A stretch of 64,000 nucleotides of DNA from Candidatus Latescibacterota bacterium (lineage in GTDB: Bacteria > Latescibacterota > UBA2968), in the NCBI GenBank assembly GCA_965205975.1, contig OZ242195.1, forward strand, positions 4,192,001 through 4,256,000, in the 5' to 3' direction. Under the pieces are notes generated by a model that was given only the letters and a program-made list of their open reading frames with translations, was not told the DNA's origin and searched no databases. The translations under genes and the position numbers were made by a program. Below are positions 8,551 to 20,100 of the stretch, piece by piece (within the stretch, counting starts at the first letter, position 1; each line of letters begins with the position of its first letter).

Positions 8551-9695
8551 ATGAAAATCACAGCTATCAAGACGTTTATGGCGAGCATGGGACAGCGGTC
8601 TCGTGCGCTGGTAAAGGTCGAAACCGATGAAGGGCTTTATGGATGGGGAGAGTGTTATAGCCCCGGTCCCGATCTGGCAATTGGTCCAACGATGGATTAT
8701 ATTTTTGAGCTGGTTAAAGGCGAAGACCCGCGGCGGATTGAATATATCATGCTCAAGCTGTTTCAGCAGTTCAGATTTCCACCAGGCGCAATAGGTCTTT
8801 CCGCTATGTCGGGCCTGGATCACGCGCTGTGGGATATCAGTGGCAAAGCTGCGGGTTTGCCGGTTTATATGATGTTGGGCGGTGCTGTGCGCGATCGCAT
8901 TCAGGTTTATCGGAGTGTTGGTGGAAAAGACGGCAGAGAAGCAGCAAGAGTTGCGCGCCAGCTCAATGAAGAGCACGGCATTACGGCATTTAAGACCAGT
9001 CCATTTCGCCTGGATCCCAGTGCAGATCGATGGGGTCGGGTATGCGCGGCTGCCGCCGATTATTTTGAGGCATTGCGAAAGCATTCGGATGACAACTGGG
9101 AATTTGCATTTGATCCACATGCCAAAATTTTTGAGCCAATTCGCGCATTGCAACTGGCCAACGCCTTGCCCCTTACGATCCGCTTTTTTATGAAGAACCG
9201 TTAAGGCCCGAGAACAGCGATGCATGGGGACGCTTGCGTTCTCAAATGCAGGTTCCGTTGGCGACGGGTGAATCTCTGTACACGAAGTTTGAATTTTTGG
9301 ATTTGATGTCGAAAGATGGCGCGGATATTATTCAGCCAGATATTTGTATATGCGGTGGCTTGTTGGAGATGCGGAAGATCGCCGCGATTGCACAGGCGCA
9401 TTATGTGACGGTGGCACCGCACAATCCGATGGGTCCATTGGCTACCGCGGTCAATGTCCACTTTGCCGCCGCCACGCCCAATTTCAAAATTCTGGAATAT
9501 CACCTGCCCGATGAGAGCAATGCGCTGAATTGGTTGGACGAACCCTATTGGCCCGTGGATGGATATCTGGAATTGAGGCCAGACCGTCCCGGTTTGGGTG
9601 TGGAGGTGAATGAAGAAGTCATTAGAGCGGGTGAATACGTCCACTGGGAACGGGGGAGTACCAAAGCGCCCGATGGTTCGACAAATTATATTTAA
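8551..9695 (+). CDS. Mandelate racemase/galactonate dehydratase-like enolase-superfamily enzyme, split by a 1-nt deletion near 9165
   Basis: ORFs 8551-9204 and 9234-9695 join if a C is restored in GCC(C)TT, giving ANALAPYDPLFYEEPLRPE and 381 aa; DHALWDISGK, ATGE, IIQPD, APHNP motifs. Confidence 0.88.
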
Positions 9696-9709
9696 AAGAG
9701 GAGGGCGAA

Positions 9710-10486
9710 ATGACACCAGAAGAACGGTTTATGTTTGATCTCGATGGATATTTGGTCATTAAAAATGTGTTGACGCCTGAGGAAGTCAAACGGCTCAATG
9801 AGGTCGCAGATGCGACATTTGTTCGCGATTACGACGATCCGAACGAGGACTCAAAGGGGCGAGCAGGACGCCGACAAGTGGGGCGCGTGTCTGCGTGGTC
9901 GGCAGAGACACAGGCTCTGATCGATCACCCGCGTATTTTGCCGTATTTAATTGAATTGCTCGGTCCAGGTTTTCGCCTCGATCATGACTATTGCATCTTT
10001 ATGAGGCCGGGGGCTGCTTGTGGTCGCTTGCACGGCGCGCCCGGCGGGCATACGGGTAGTCAACGCAAGTACCTGTATATAGAAGGTGAGATGTTGAATG
10101 GGTTGAGTGTAGTGACTTTCTTTTTGGCGGATGCAAAGGCGGGAGATGGTGGCTTTACCTGCATTCCCGGGAGCCATAAGACCAATTTTGGACAAAATGT
10201 GCCACCCGAAGTGCGAGGGTTTGAGCGCGTTCCCGATTATATGGTTCAACCCGAAGTGGAAGCAGGCGATGCGCTGATTTTTACAGAGGCGCTGATGCAC
10301 GGCACCATGCCGTGGAGAGCACAACATGAACGCCGCGCATTTCTGTATAAATACGCGCCGGGCCATCTGGCGTATTCCAATAATTTTTACAATGCGGATG
10401 ACTACACCAATCCATCAGATCAACAGCGGCGTATCTTAACGCCGCCATCTGCGGGAAGACGCCCGGCGGTGATTCAGGAAGTGTGA
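9710..10486 (+). CDS. Phytanoyl-CoA dioxygenase (PhyH) family protein
   Basis: FDLDGYLVIKNVL, GGFTCIPGSHK, AGDALIFTEALMHG. Confidence 0.9.
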   Translation: MTPEERFMFDLDGYLVIKNVLTPEEVKRLNEVADATFVRDYDDPNEDSKGRAGRRQVGRVSAWSAETQALIDHPRILPYLIELLGPGFRLDHDYCIFMRPGAACGRLHGAPGGHTGSQRKYLYIEGEMLNGLSVVTFFLADAKAGDGGFTCIPGSHKTNFGQNVPPEVRGFERVPDYMVQPEVEAGDALIFTEALMHGTMPWRAQHERRAFLYKYAPGHLAYSNNFYNADDYTNPSDQQRRILTPPSAGRRPAVIQEV

Positions 10487-10544
10487 TCCGCAGATGAACG
10501 CAGATACACACAGATAAATGGTAGAGGCGAAAAACCTTTCGCCC
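10486..10544 (+). repeat. CAGAT short tandem repeat plus a GTAG-type REP-like palindrome
   Basis: ATCCGCAGATGAACGCAGATACACACAGATA followed by GTAGAGGCGAAAAACCTTTCGCCC. Confidence 0.6.
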
Positions 10545-10562
10545 GTTGTGATGGGAGATTCT

Positions 10563-12002
10563 ATGAATATTGTCCTCATTATTATTGATACAATGCGCTA
10601 CGACTATATTGGTGCTAATGGAAATGATTGGATCGAAACGCCCAATCTCGACCGCTTGGCCGCGCAATCGTGGTGTTTTGACCGCGCTTTTGCCGCCAGT
10701 TTTCCCACCATTCCCTATCGCACGGATGTTATGACCGGAAAATACGGCAGTCCGTTCCACACCTGGAAGCCCCTGCCTTTTGACACGCGGTCTCTTCCGT
10801 CTGTGCTGGGCGAAGCGGGATACGCGACACAGCTCATTCACGATACACCCCATCTCGTCAACGGTGGGCACGCATTTGATTATCCCTTTCACACGTGGAC
10901 GTTTATTCGCGGCGCAGAAGTTGACCGCGCATGGATGGATGATGAAGCGCAGTGGCCCAGCAACTGGTGCAGAGATCCTTTATTCGATGTTTTGGGCGAA
11001 GATGCGGATCTGACAAAACACAATTACACGTATGCCCGAACCAACCGGGGACGCACAAATTTGGACGACTGGAATTGCGCGAAGTTGTTCAATACGGCAG
11101 CCCAATTCTTGCGGGATAATGCGCGGCGGGAAAATTTCTTTCTCTGGATTGATTGCTTCGATCCCCACGAGCCGTGGGATGTACCTCCGGCTTTTATGCT
11201 TAAATACGACAAGACCCCCGGTTACGATGGACGGCTTGATCCCCGCGCTTTTCAGGGCCCACGCAACAATCCCAATTTGCCCGATGAAGCCAGGGCTCGC
11301 ATGAAAGCGAGTTACGCGGCCAAGGTCACCTGGATGGACCACTGCTTCGGGCGGTTTCTCGAGGCTTTTGACGCCACGGGGTTGAGCAAAAATACCGCGA
11401 TTATTGTCGCTGGCGATCACGGTACTAATGTAGGCGAGCGCGGGCGCTTTGGCAAGTACGCGCCTGTGTACGAGCAGGAGATTCACATTCCACTTATTAT
11501 CAAAACGCCCGAAGACGACGGGGGACGCAGTTCGGCTATTTTCCAACCACAGGACTTTTTTGCTACTGTCGCCAATTTGGCTGGTGCGTCGATTCCGGAG
11601 GACATAGATAGCCAGGACATTCTCGCCGCTGCGCGGGAAGGCAGTGCGGGAATGCGACAACTCGCGCTTGCGGGCACTGCCCGAGGGTGGGCAAAACAGC
11701 GTGGATTTTTCACGGTGTTCGATCAGGACGGGTACCTGGAATGGCAACCCGAAGCAGAAGGCTGCCTGCTCACGCCTTATGGGTCGCTGGATAACACGGC
11801 GGCGGAACATCCCGACCGCGTCCAGAATCTGCAAATTGCGGGTCTTTCTGAACTCGAGCGCCGAGGTGCCGATCCCATCCTGATCAACTGGCTCAAGAAC
11901 GGTGCAGAGGGTCAGATCCCTGAGAATTGCCGCCTTTTCGATGGCTGGCCCGGTCCAGAAGGGTTTCAGACCTATTTTGCAAGAGCTTATGGCGGTGCGT
12001 GA
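10563..12002 (+). CDS. Sulfatase-like hydrolase (alkaline phosphatase superfamily) with Thr at the nucleophile position
   Basis: NIVLIIIDTMRYD, TPNLDRLA, signature TIPYR, FDPHEPW, GDHG. Confidence 0.85.
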   Translation: MNIVLIIIDTMRYDYIGANGNDWIETPNLDRLAAQSWCFDRAFAASFPTIPYRTDVMTGKYGSPFHTWKPLPFDTRSLPSVLGEAGYATQLIHDTPHLVNGGHAFDYPFHTWTFIRGAEVDRAWMDDEAQWPSNWCRDPLFDVLGEDADLTKHNYTYARTNRGRTNLDDWNCAKLFNTAAQFLRDNARRENFFLWIDCFDPHEPWDVPPAFMLKYDKTPGYDGRLDPRAFQGPRNNPNLPDEARARMKASYAAKVTWMDHCFGRFLEAFDATGLSKNTAIIVAGDHGTNVGERGRFGKYAPVYEQEIHIPLIIKTPEDDGGRSSAIFQPQDFFATVANLAGASIPEDIDSQDILAAAREGSAGMRQLALAGTARGWAKQRGFFTVFDQDGYLEWQPEAEGCLLTPYGSLDNTAAEHPDRVQNLQIAGLSELERRGADPILINWLKNGAEGQIPENCRLFDGWPGPEGFQTYFARAYGGA

Positions 12003-13738
12003 TGGTGGGCTTTCACGCGCACGGTTACGATGTCCGTGTCGTGATATTGCTGGTGGCGAACAGATGACGCTATGTGTCGCAACAGCCGAAGAGAAACTTC
12101 TCGCTCCACAGGTGCTTCATCCGTCTGTTCGCTGAGTAGCGCGATCTGATCCTGAAGATTTTCCTCTCCGGATGCGACAACGAACTCGAGAACCGCGTCG
12201 CCTTCTTCTCTGTACGCAGTAAGACGCAAGTGTCGTCGATCGTGATCCTCTTCATCTTGTGGGAGGAGTGTCAGCAATGTCTCCTCAGCGGCGGCGTTCA
12301 GGCGGTTAGACATCGCTGTGTCCCAGCCGTTGCGGGATGCAAATGCGCCGAGAAAGTCTCTGATTTTTGGCAGGGCGGAAATATCGAATTCGGTCTCTAT
12401 CCGACTGCGGCGAGGTTCTGCTATTTCCACGAATATCGTCATGAGGATAGCTGTGAAACCGCCCGCGCTCATCCCATTCTCTAAAAGACCACCTGCAAAT
12501 TCCGAGATGTATTCGGGAAATACCATGCCGCTCTGGAAGCTAACCCCTACAAAGAACGCGATGCCGACGATCATGCCGTTGCGATAGTCGATTCCATCTT
12601 GAACGACTATCTTCATGCCGACTACGAAGAGTGCTGCCAACAGTACGGTGAGATAAGCTGCGATGACAGGACCTGGTATCGCCAGGATTGAGGCGAGGAC
12701 TTTCGGAAGAAACGCCATAGCAATGAACACTGCCCCGGTGGCAACTCCGACGCTGCGGGCACCCACCCCGGTGAGTTCAGTCACCGATACGCCCACCGTA
12801 TAAGCTGTGTTTGGCATTGTTCCCACGAGACCGGAAATCAGGGTGCTCATACCATCTACGGTTAACGCGCTCTGCACCGCCCTAAAATCCACTGCCCGGC
12901 TCTGTCGCCACGAGATGCGCTGGATGGCGACGGCACTGCTGATCGTTCGGATGGTATTGATTACGGCGACGAGTAAGAATGCCGGAAGCAGTGTCCAAAA
13001 AGTTGGTCCAAAATCGAGATCAAAGCCCGGCCATTCGTTCGTCGGTATGCCGATCCACGAAGCCTCGGCGACGCGGTCTGTGTCGTATAGACCGAAGAAG
13101 CCGCCAATTACCGAGCCAGCGACTACACCGATGACAGGTGCCCACAGGCGCAGTGCCCCGGTCGCCTTTAGCGCGATGCCGCTGATGATGATTATCGTTG
13201 CAAGCGCACTCAGCGGAGCAGACAGGTCCGGGGTCCCGAGCGGTGTGGCTGACAGCAGGTTCAATATGGCTGGCATCACCGTGATTGGTATCAGCATGAT
13301 GACTGTTCCCGCCACAGTCGGTGTTAAGAGCCGCTGGAACAGCGAAAGCCGATAAGAAAGTACAAGGGGGACGAGCGATGTGATGACGACCAGAGTGGCG
13401 AGCATTGCCGGGCCGCCTTCGGCAACCGCTGTGATGCAGACCGCGATAAAGGCCGCAGAAGGTCCCATAGCGAGTATGTAACCCATGCCAATTCGGCCGA
13501 TGCGGACCGCTTGCAGAATTGTGGCTGCGCCGCCGACTGCGACAGCGGTACAAACGGCCCATGACAGATAGGCCTCGGTCGCATCCGCAGCACGCATCAC
13601 GACTGTTGGGATCAATATGATGCCGGCGATACTGAGAACGGCGATTTGGAAGCCAAGTCCAAGGGAGAGAGTGGCCGAGAGCCTGTCGTCGGGCTGGTAG
13701 CGGATGCGTGAAGCACTGCTGGGGTTATTGGTGCTCAT
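11987..13738 (-). CDS. supE: Xanthine/uracil (NCS2)-type permease with C-terminal HATPase-like domain; sup cluster permease
   Basis: ~13 hydrophobic segments, GPSAAFI, soluble C-terminal domain; position at the end of the sup cluster. Confidence 0.8.
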   Translation of the reverse strand: MSTNNPSSASRIRYQPDDRLSATLSLGLGFQIAVLSIAGIILIPTVVMRAADATEAYLSWAVCTAVAVGGAATILQAVRIGRIGMGYILAMGPSAAFIAVCITAVAEGGPAMLATLVVITSLVPLVLSYRLSLFQRLLTPTVAGTVIMLIPITVMPAILNLLSATPLGTPDLSAPLSALATIIIISGIALKATGALRLWAPVIGVVAGSVIGGFFGLYDTDRVAEASWIGIPTNEWPGFDLDFGPTFWTLLPAFLLVAVINTIRTISSAVAIQRISWRQSRAVDFRAVQSALTVDGMSTLISGLVGTMPNTAYTVGVSVTELTGVGARSVGVATGAVFIAMAFLPKVLASILAIPGPVIAAYLTVLLAALFVVGMKIVVQDGIDYRNGMIVGIAFFVGVSFQSGMVFPEYISEFAGGLLENGMSAGGFTAILMTIFVEIAEPRRSRIETEFDISALPKIRDFLGAFASRNGWDTAMSNRLNAAAEETLLTLLPQDEEDHDRRHLRLTAYREEGDAVLEFVVASGEENLQDQIALLSEQTDEAPVEREVSLRLLRHIASSVRHQQYHDTDIVTVRVKAHHHAPP

Positions 13739-13787
13739 TGTGAAGTGTGAAGAGTGAAAGGTTTAATAAGTGGAATCCCCATAAACC

Positions 13788-13819
13788 AACAGGCCCCGAA
13801 TTTCCATCCGGGGCCTGTT
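13788..13819 (-). terminator. Intergenic hairpin between the ACP and permease genes
   Basis: 11-bp stem AACAGGCCCCG/CGGGGCCTGTT. Confidence 0.55.
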
Positions 13820-13855
13820 CTGTAAGAAGCGTACGTTCTCCGGCTGGAGAGGATT

Positions 13856-14098
13856 TTAGCCAGCTGCGTCCAGCCGCTCGACCAGTTCCTGTACGCTTTT
13901 GACATCACCGCAATCTTCAAGCGTAAATTCAACGTTGAATTCCTGTGCGACTACTTTCGCGAACGCGACGAGATCTACGGAGGAAATTCCAGCCTCCTGG
14001 AGGCTGATGTTCAGATCATCGGGTAATGCAATTGGCTGTCCATCGACTTCCAGATTTTCCGCGATGAGGTTTCTGATACGTTCTGCGGTTGAAGCCAT
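13856..14098 (-). CDS. supB: Free-standing acyl carrier protein
   Basis: 80 aa, acidic, AGISSVDLV attachment motif; RBS AAGGAG; follows the PKS. Confidence 0.85.
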   Translation of the reverse strand: MASTAERIRNLIAENLEVDGQPIALPDDLNISLQEAGISSVDLVAFAKVVAQEFNVEFTLEDCGDVKSVQELVERLDAAG

Positions 14099-14188
14099 TG
14101 TTACGCTCCTTTCGTAAGGTAGATGGTTGGAACCGAAAAGATAGTGCTCGGCAGGCATAAAGTCAAATTTTTTTTGTGGTCGTTTTGG

Positions 14189-17100
14189 CTATTGAATCCA
14201 GTAGTGCTGACGCTGGAATGGATAGCTCGGCAACGAGATGCGGCGGCGCGTTTCTCCCGCAAATAGTCCGGGAAATGAAACCGGGAGTCCCGCTTCATAC
14301 GCTTTTGCTACTGCTTCTACAAAACCGTCGTCTCCCAGACTCGACGATACAACCAGTGAATTCGCGTCGCTGTCTATTGGACCGGGCACCGCGTTTGGGC
14401 CAATCTCGATAATTACTTCGACCCCCAGATTCGCAAGCTTCTTCGCGCATTTGTCGAATGCCACCGGTTCCTGGGCTTGCCGACGCCAGTACGCCGCGTC
14501 GAGGACTTCGACTCCCCCTGTCACACTGCTCACAAGGACCAGAGATGGCGATGCGATTGTGACGTCTGTGAGGGTGTCTTCCAGATTGTCCGTATCCCAT
14601 TCCAGCGCAACCCGCAACCCATCCTCCAGGCTAAAGACACCCGCCGCCTGTGCCGCTGCAATTTCCCCTATACCGTGCCCGACCACCACGCTGGGCTGAA
14701 TCCCCACGCTCGACCACAGTGCCGTAAGCGCGGATTCCAGTGCGTAGATGGCAGGCAGGTCAGATAGATCACCGGTCTGGCCGAACATCGCGTCCAGCAA
14801 GGAGGTGTCCTGCTCTTCCCGAAGTACTTTGTCGCAACGGTCCAGAACTGCGCGGACTACCGGCTCGCTTTCGTAGAGGTCTTTCTCCATGCCGATCCAC
14901 TGGCTGCCCTGTCCAGTGTACGCAAAGGCGATTTTTGTCGTTGCGCGCGTTTCAGGTCTTTCTCCTGTTTCTGAGAGTGCCTGTAGTTTTTCTCGTAGAG
15001 ACGCGATATCCTGGAATACGATGCCCGCGCGGTGATCGAAATGGTTGCGTCCCACACCCGCTGTCCACGACATGTCGGCGAGCAGGTCCACATCTTCGGA
15101 GGCAAGCTCGTCGAGCCACGACAAATAGCGTCCTGTCAGGTCTCGAAGTGCCTCGTCTGATTTTCCCGACAGGGGCAGGAGCCGCGTCTGGCGCGGAGCG
15201 AACGCTTCTTCCTCTCCTGTGAGATCCAAAACCGATAGAGAAACGGGTTGTGCTGAACCCACAGGCGTTGTATCCGGGCTGTCATATCCCTCTACGACAA
15301 CATGGGCATTCGTTCCCGATATCCCGAAGGCACTGACTCCCGCCCGCGGCAGGCGATTGGGATGGCGCGGCCAGTCCGTCAGTTCGGAAGTCACCTGTAC
15401 CGGTAACCGGTTCCAGTCTATATGTGGATTCGGATTCTCGAAGTTCAGGTGCTTCGGTATCTTTCCTCGCTTCATCGCCAGCACTGCCTTGATCAGAGCC
15501 GCAATCCCGGCAGCTGGCTCCAGGTGACCGATGTTTGTTTTTACGGAGCCGATCAAAAGCGGGCGGTCTGCCTCGCGGCCTTTGCCGTAAACAGCAGCCG
15601 CTGCCTGAACTTCGATTGGGTCGCCCAATTCCGACCCTCCTCCGTGGGCTTCCAGATAATCTACGTCCGATGGTGCAACGCCCGCTCGCGACAGTGCCTC
15701 TTCAATCACCCGCTCCTGCGCCGGTCCGTTCGGCACGGTGGGTCCCGCGCTGGCTCCGTTCTGGTTGACCGCAGACCCGCGGATCACGCCCCAGATGCGG
15801 TCGCCGTCGGCTTCTGCCTCGCTCAGCCGCTTGAGGACGACTATCCCACAGCCCTCGCCGCGCGTGAAGCCGTCCGCAGAGGCATCGAAGGGCCTGCCCT
15901 GCCCCTCTCGTGACAACATGCCCAGGTCCGCCATTTCTCTGGTTAAATCAGGTGACAGAACTGCGTGTGTCCCTCCAACCAGAGCCATATCTACTTCGCC
16001 CTGCCGCAATCCCATCACTGCCTGGTGTACCGCGACCAGCGATGACGCGCAGTTGAGTTCCACCGGTATTGTCGGTCCCTCCAGACCAAGGATAAAAGCA
16101 ATTCGCCCGACCGTCATGCTCGCGGCAGTGCCCAGATAACTGATGCCGTAGTCGCTGGCTGTCATCAGGTCTCGGTACTCGCTGGTGGCGATGCCGGCGT
16201 ATAGTCCGGTGCGGCTGCCCCTCAATTCGTCTGGATCCATCCCCGCATCCTCAATCGCTTGCCAGGTCGTCTCCAGCATCATGCGTTGCCGCGGATCCAT
16301 CAGGCGCGCCTCAATCGGCGAAATCCGAAAGAATCTCGCGTCAAATTGATCAATGCCCTCCACAAATCCGCCCCGGCGATAAGCTGCGTAATGGGGTGGA
16401 AGATCTTTGGCGAGATTGTTCCATGAACCGGGATCCTGGCGTCCGTCGGTCACCGCGTCCACTCCTGCTTCGAGCAGGTGCCAGAAGGTGGAAAGATCCG
16501 GAGCGCCGGGGAAGTGGCACGCCATGCCCACGATCGCAATACCGTCGTCCTCGCGCTGCTCTTCCGTCTGCGGTTCTGGCTCGGGTTGCTCTTGAGGTGG
16601 AGGGGCGGTCGCATCGCTGACTTCGCCGAGTTCTTCGATTAGATGGCGGGCGAGACTGGCGATGTCCGGGTAGTCAAATACCACGGTGTTGGGGACCACG
16701 TACTCATCGGCAAATGCCCGGTTCAGGCGATTCCGCAACTCTACCGCCATCAGCGAGTCCATCCCCAAATCGAAAAATCCCACTGTGGGTTCCGGCGCTG
16801 TCGGCAACCTCAGCACTGCCTGTACCTCCTGCTGCAGGAAGGATACAAGCAGGTCCTCGGGTGCCGCTGCAGGTGTCTCTCGCAGTTGGGAAAGCAGGTC
16901 CTTTGACGAGGCCGAGGCGTCGGCTTCGTCGTCCGCATCGGCGGACAGCAAGTCCTCCAGGAAGGGAGGGCGATCTTCGACCGCCTCTTCGAACACCGAC
17001 CAGTCCATCGACATCACTACGGAAGTCGTGGCGTCCTGGCGCACCAGTTGATCGAATGCCCGGATACCCTGTTGCGGGGTAAACCAGCGGCCGCCGAGTG

Positions 17101-20100
17101 CTGACCGCTGTTGGTCAATCCGCTCCCGCTGTTCCGCTGCTTCGCCGATCTCCGACCACGCTCCCCAGGCAATGGCCTGTCCGGGTAGCCCCATCGCGCG
17201 GCGGTGACCGGCGAGTTGATCCAGAAATGCATTGGCTGAGGCGTGGTTCGCCTGGCCCGGATTGCCCATGACGCCAACCCGGCTCGAGAAGAGGACGAAC
17301 ATGTCCAGGTCGCGATCCAAAGTCGCCCGATGCAGATGCCATGCGCCCAGTACCTTTGGCCAGAGCACGGTTTCGAATCGCTCCCAACTCTGGTTGGTCA
17401 GCGCGCCGTCCGACAGCACGCCCACGCTGTGGATCACGCCTCCGAGCGGCGGTAGCGTCTCATCTATCCGCGCCATCATCTCATCTATTGCGGCGGCATC
17501 CGTCACGTCTGCGATCTCTACCTGCACTGTCACGCCGCGTTCCCGCAGCCTGCGGATCACCTCCTCAGCCTCGGGGTCCGGTGCCCGGCGCCCGTTTAGC
17601 GCGATTGCGCCCGCACCGCGATCCGCCAGCCAGTCTGCTACGGCGCATCCGATCCCACCCAGACCACCCGTTACCAGATAGGTGCGGTCCTGTCGCAACT
17701 TGTCCTTCAAGATCGGTGGTGTCGTTACGACGATCTTTCCTATGTGCCGGGCGGCGCGCATGAAGCTCAGCGCGGCTCCGGCTTCGGCGAGCGGCCATCT
17801 GCTGTGGGTGATTGTTTTCAGTTCTCCCGACGAAAGGCGCGCCATTACGTCCCGCAGAACTCTTCCCACCCACGCCGGATCGGTTTTTTTCAGAACATCT
17901 AATTCCAGAATGTCGTAGGCCACATCCGGACGCACAGCCGCCATCTCTTCCTCGCTCAAGATGTCTCGCCTGGCCAATTCCACGAACCGGCCGCCGTGCT
18001 TGAGGCAGGACAGACTCGCGTCGATGAAGCCCTCTCCCGTCAGGCTGTTCAGCACCACATCGATGCCCTCTCCATTTGTAGCTTCGAGGATCTCTTTTCC
18101 AAACGCTGTCTGGCGGCTGTCGAATATGTGTTCCACGCCCAGTGATCGGAGATATGCCTGCTTCGGCGCGCTCGCGGTGGCAAAGACCTCTGCGCCCGCG
18201 GCTTGCACCAACTGAATGGCCGCCAATCCCACACCGCCCGAACCAGCGTGAATCAGTACCCGATCGCCGGCCTCCAGTCCCGAGAGTTCGAAAGACAGCG
18301 CGGCGGATACGAACGCGCTCGGCACCGTGGCAAGTCCAGTGACGGAGAAGCCCGATGGCGCGGGTGCTACCAATTCTTCCCGCGTGACCATTTGCGCCCC
18401 GAACGCCCCGAATCCCAATCCGACCACATGGTCGCCGACGGAAATGGTCGAGACATCGGAACCCACCTCGAGGATATAACCACACATCTCCCTGCCCAGA
18501 TTTCCCTCCTCAATAAAGCCGAGTGAACGAAACACATCCCAGAAGTTGAGCCCGGAAGCCTCGACTGAGACGCGAACTTCGCGCGGTTCGAGAGAAGGCG
18601 CCGGTAGCGGCTGGACATACGGTCTTTCGAACACGCCGTCCGGATCCGGAGCCAGCACCCATTCCGGGTCCTCCGGCAAGGTCAGGCGCTCTACCCCGGA
18701 GCCCATCCGAATCAGGCGGGCTACGCGGCGGGCATCCCCGCGGTACGCGATATGATTCTCGGGATCGGGATACAGGAGTTCATTGACGAGGTCGGGTGCC
18801 GGTGCCATATCGCCGGGGTCCAGATCGATCATCCTCGGCTGCAGATGCGCCGCTTCTCGGGCTACTGCTTTGCCGAAGCCCCAGAGTGCTGCGCCGGCGA
18901 GTTCTCCACCGCGCTCCCGCTCCAATACCTGGGCTCCGCGCGTGATAAACCACACGCCTTTTTCTGGTGTCATATCGAAGTCGGTGACGGCCTGCACCAG
19001 CGCGAGCACACTCGCCCCCACTCGTCGGACATCCTCCGCCATTTCCCCGGTCGTTGCCTCTGTCCCATGCCCTTCCAGTGACGCGAGATGTACAATGCCG
19101 CTGAGTGGCACGTCGTCCGGTAGCTCCATCAGGAGTGATCCCCACGCCTCGCGCTGTTCCATATCTATGGTCTTTCTGATAACTTCAGAGTCTTCCTCTA
19201 CCCGCGGGCCATCGCTACATGCCAGCACGACCGTCTGGTTTCGAGCCGCGAGTTCTGCCGCGAGTTCCTCTGCAGCTCTTCCCTGGTCTGCCGCCAGAAC
19301 CCACGCGCCTCCCTGCTCTGTCACCTTCGCCGGTCCCTGCGCCACGATCACGCCCTTATCCAGCGTCCTGGTGGCGTCGGACTCATCTACTCCCAGAACC
19401 TCTACTTCCTCGAAGCCCACGTTGCCGAGTGCTCGTCGCCATACCGAAGGCTCGGCCAGAGCGTGGTGCGGGCGGTAGCTGTCGGCAAATCGCCACCAGC
19501 CATCCAGTTGTCCGAAAGTCAGATCCATCCAACCCAGGCCGCTGAGGTTCTCGAGTGCGATTAACTGCCCCGATGGCGCGAGAAGGTCACGACAGTGCGC
19601 GAGTGTTTCCTCCAGGTATCGCGTGGCGTGTAGCACATTGGACGCGATCAGCAAGTCATAACTATGGCGTCAAAGCCCTGTGCCACGGGATCCTTCTCGA
19701 TATCCAGCGGACGGTATTCGATAGCCTCGTCTCCGAACCGCGCCTCGGCTTCCGCAAAGAAGCCCGCGGATATATCCGTGTACACGTAGTCGAAACGTCC
19801 GTCCGGAAGTTCTGGCAATACGGACGCGGTTGCTGAACCCGTACCCGCGCCGACCTCGATGACTCTGAGGCGCCGGTCATCCGGCAATGCGGACACGAGT
19901 GCTCGCACCGCATCACCCAGCATACTGTTCGCCGCTCGTGCCACAGGTGCCTTCAGATACAGATCGGCTGCGGTCGGTTCTCCGCTGCTGAACAGGAGGG
20001 TCAGCGGATCTTCGCGACCGCGAAGCACCTCTGCCAGAGCGCGGCCAGAGCGTCGAAACAGGCCGATTTCGGTCAGGCCGTGGGGGTGCAGGTCGGTCAT

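Noticed and set aside
19648..19670. Programmed frameshift or two-gene PKS
   Set aside because: No slippery heptamer; the break lies inside the methyltransferase domain and one C repairs it.
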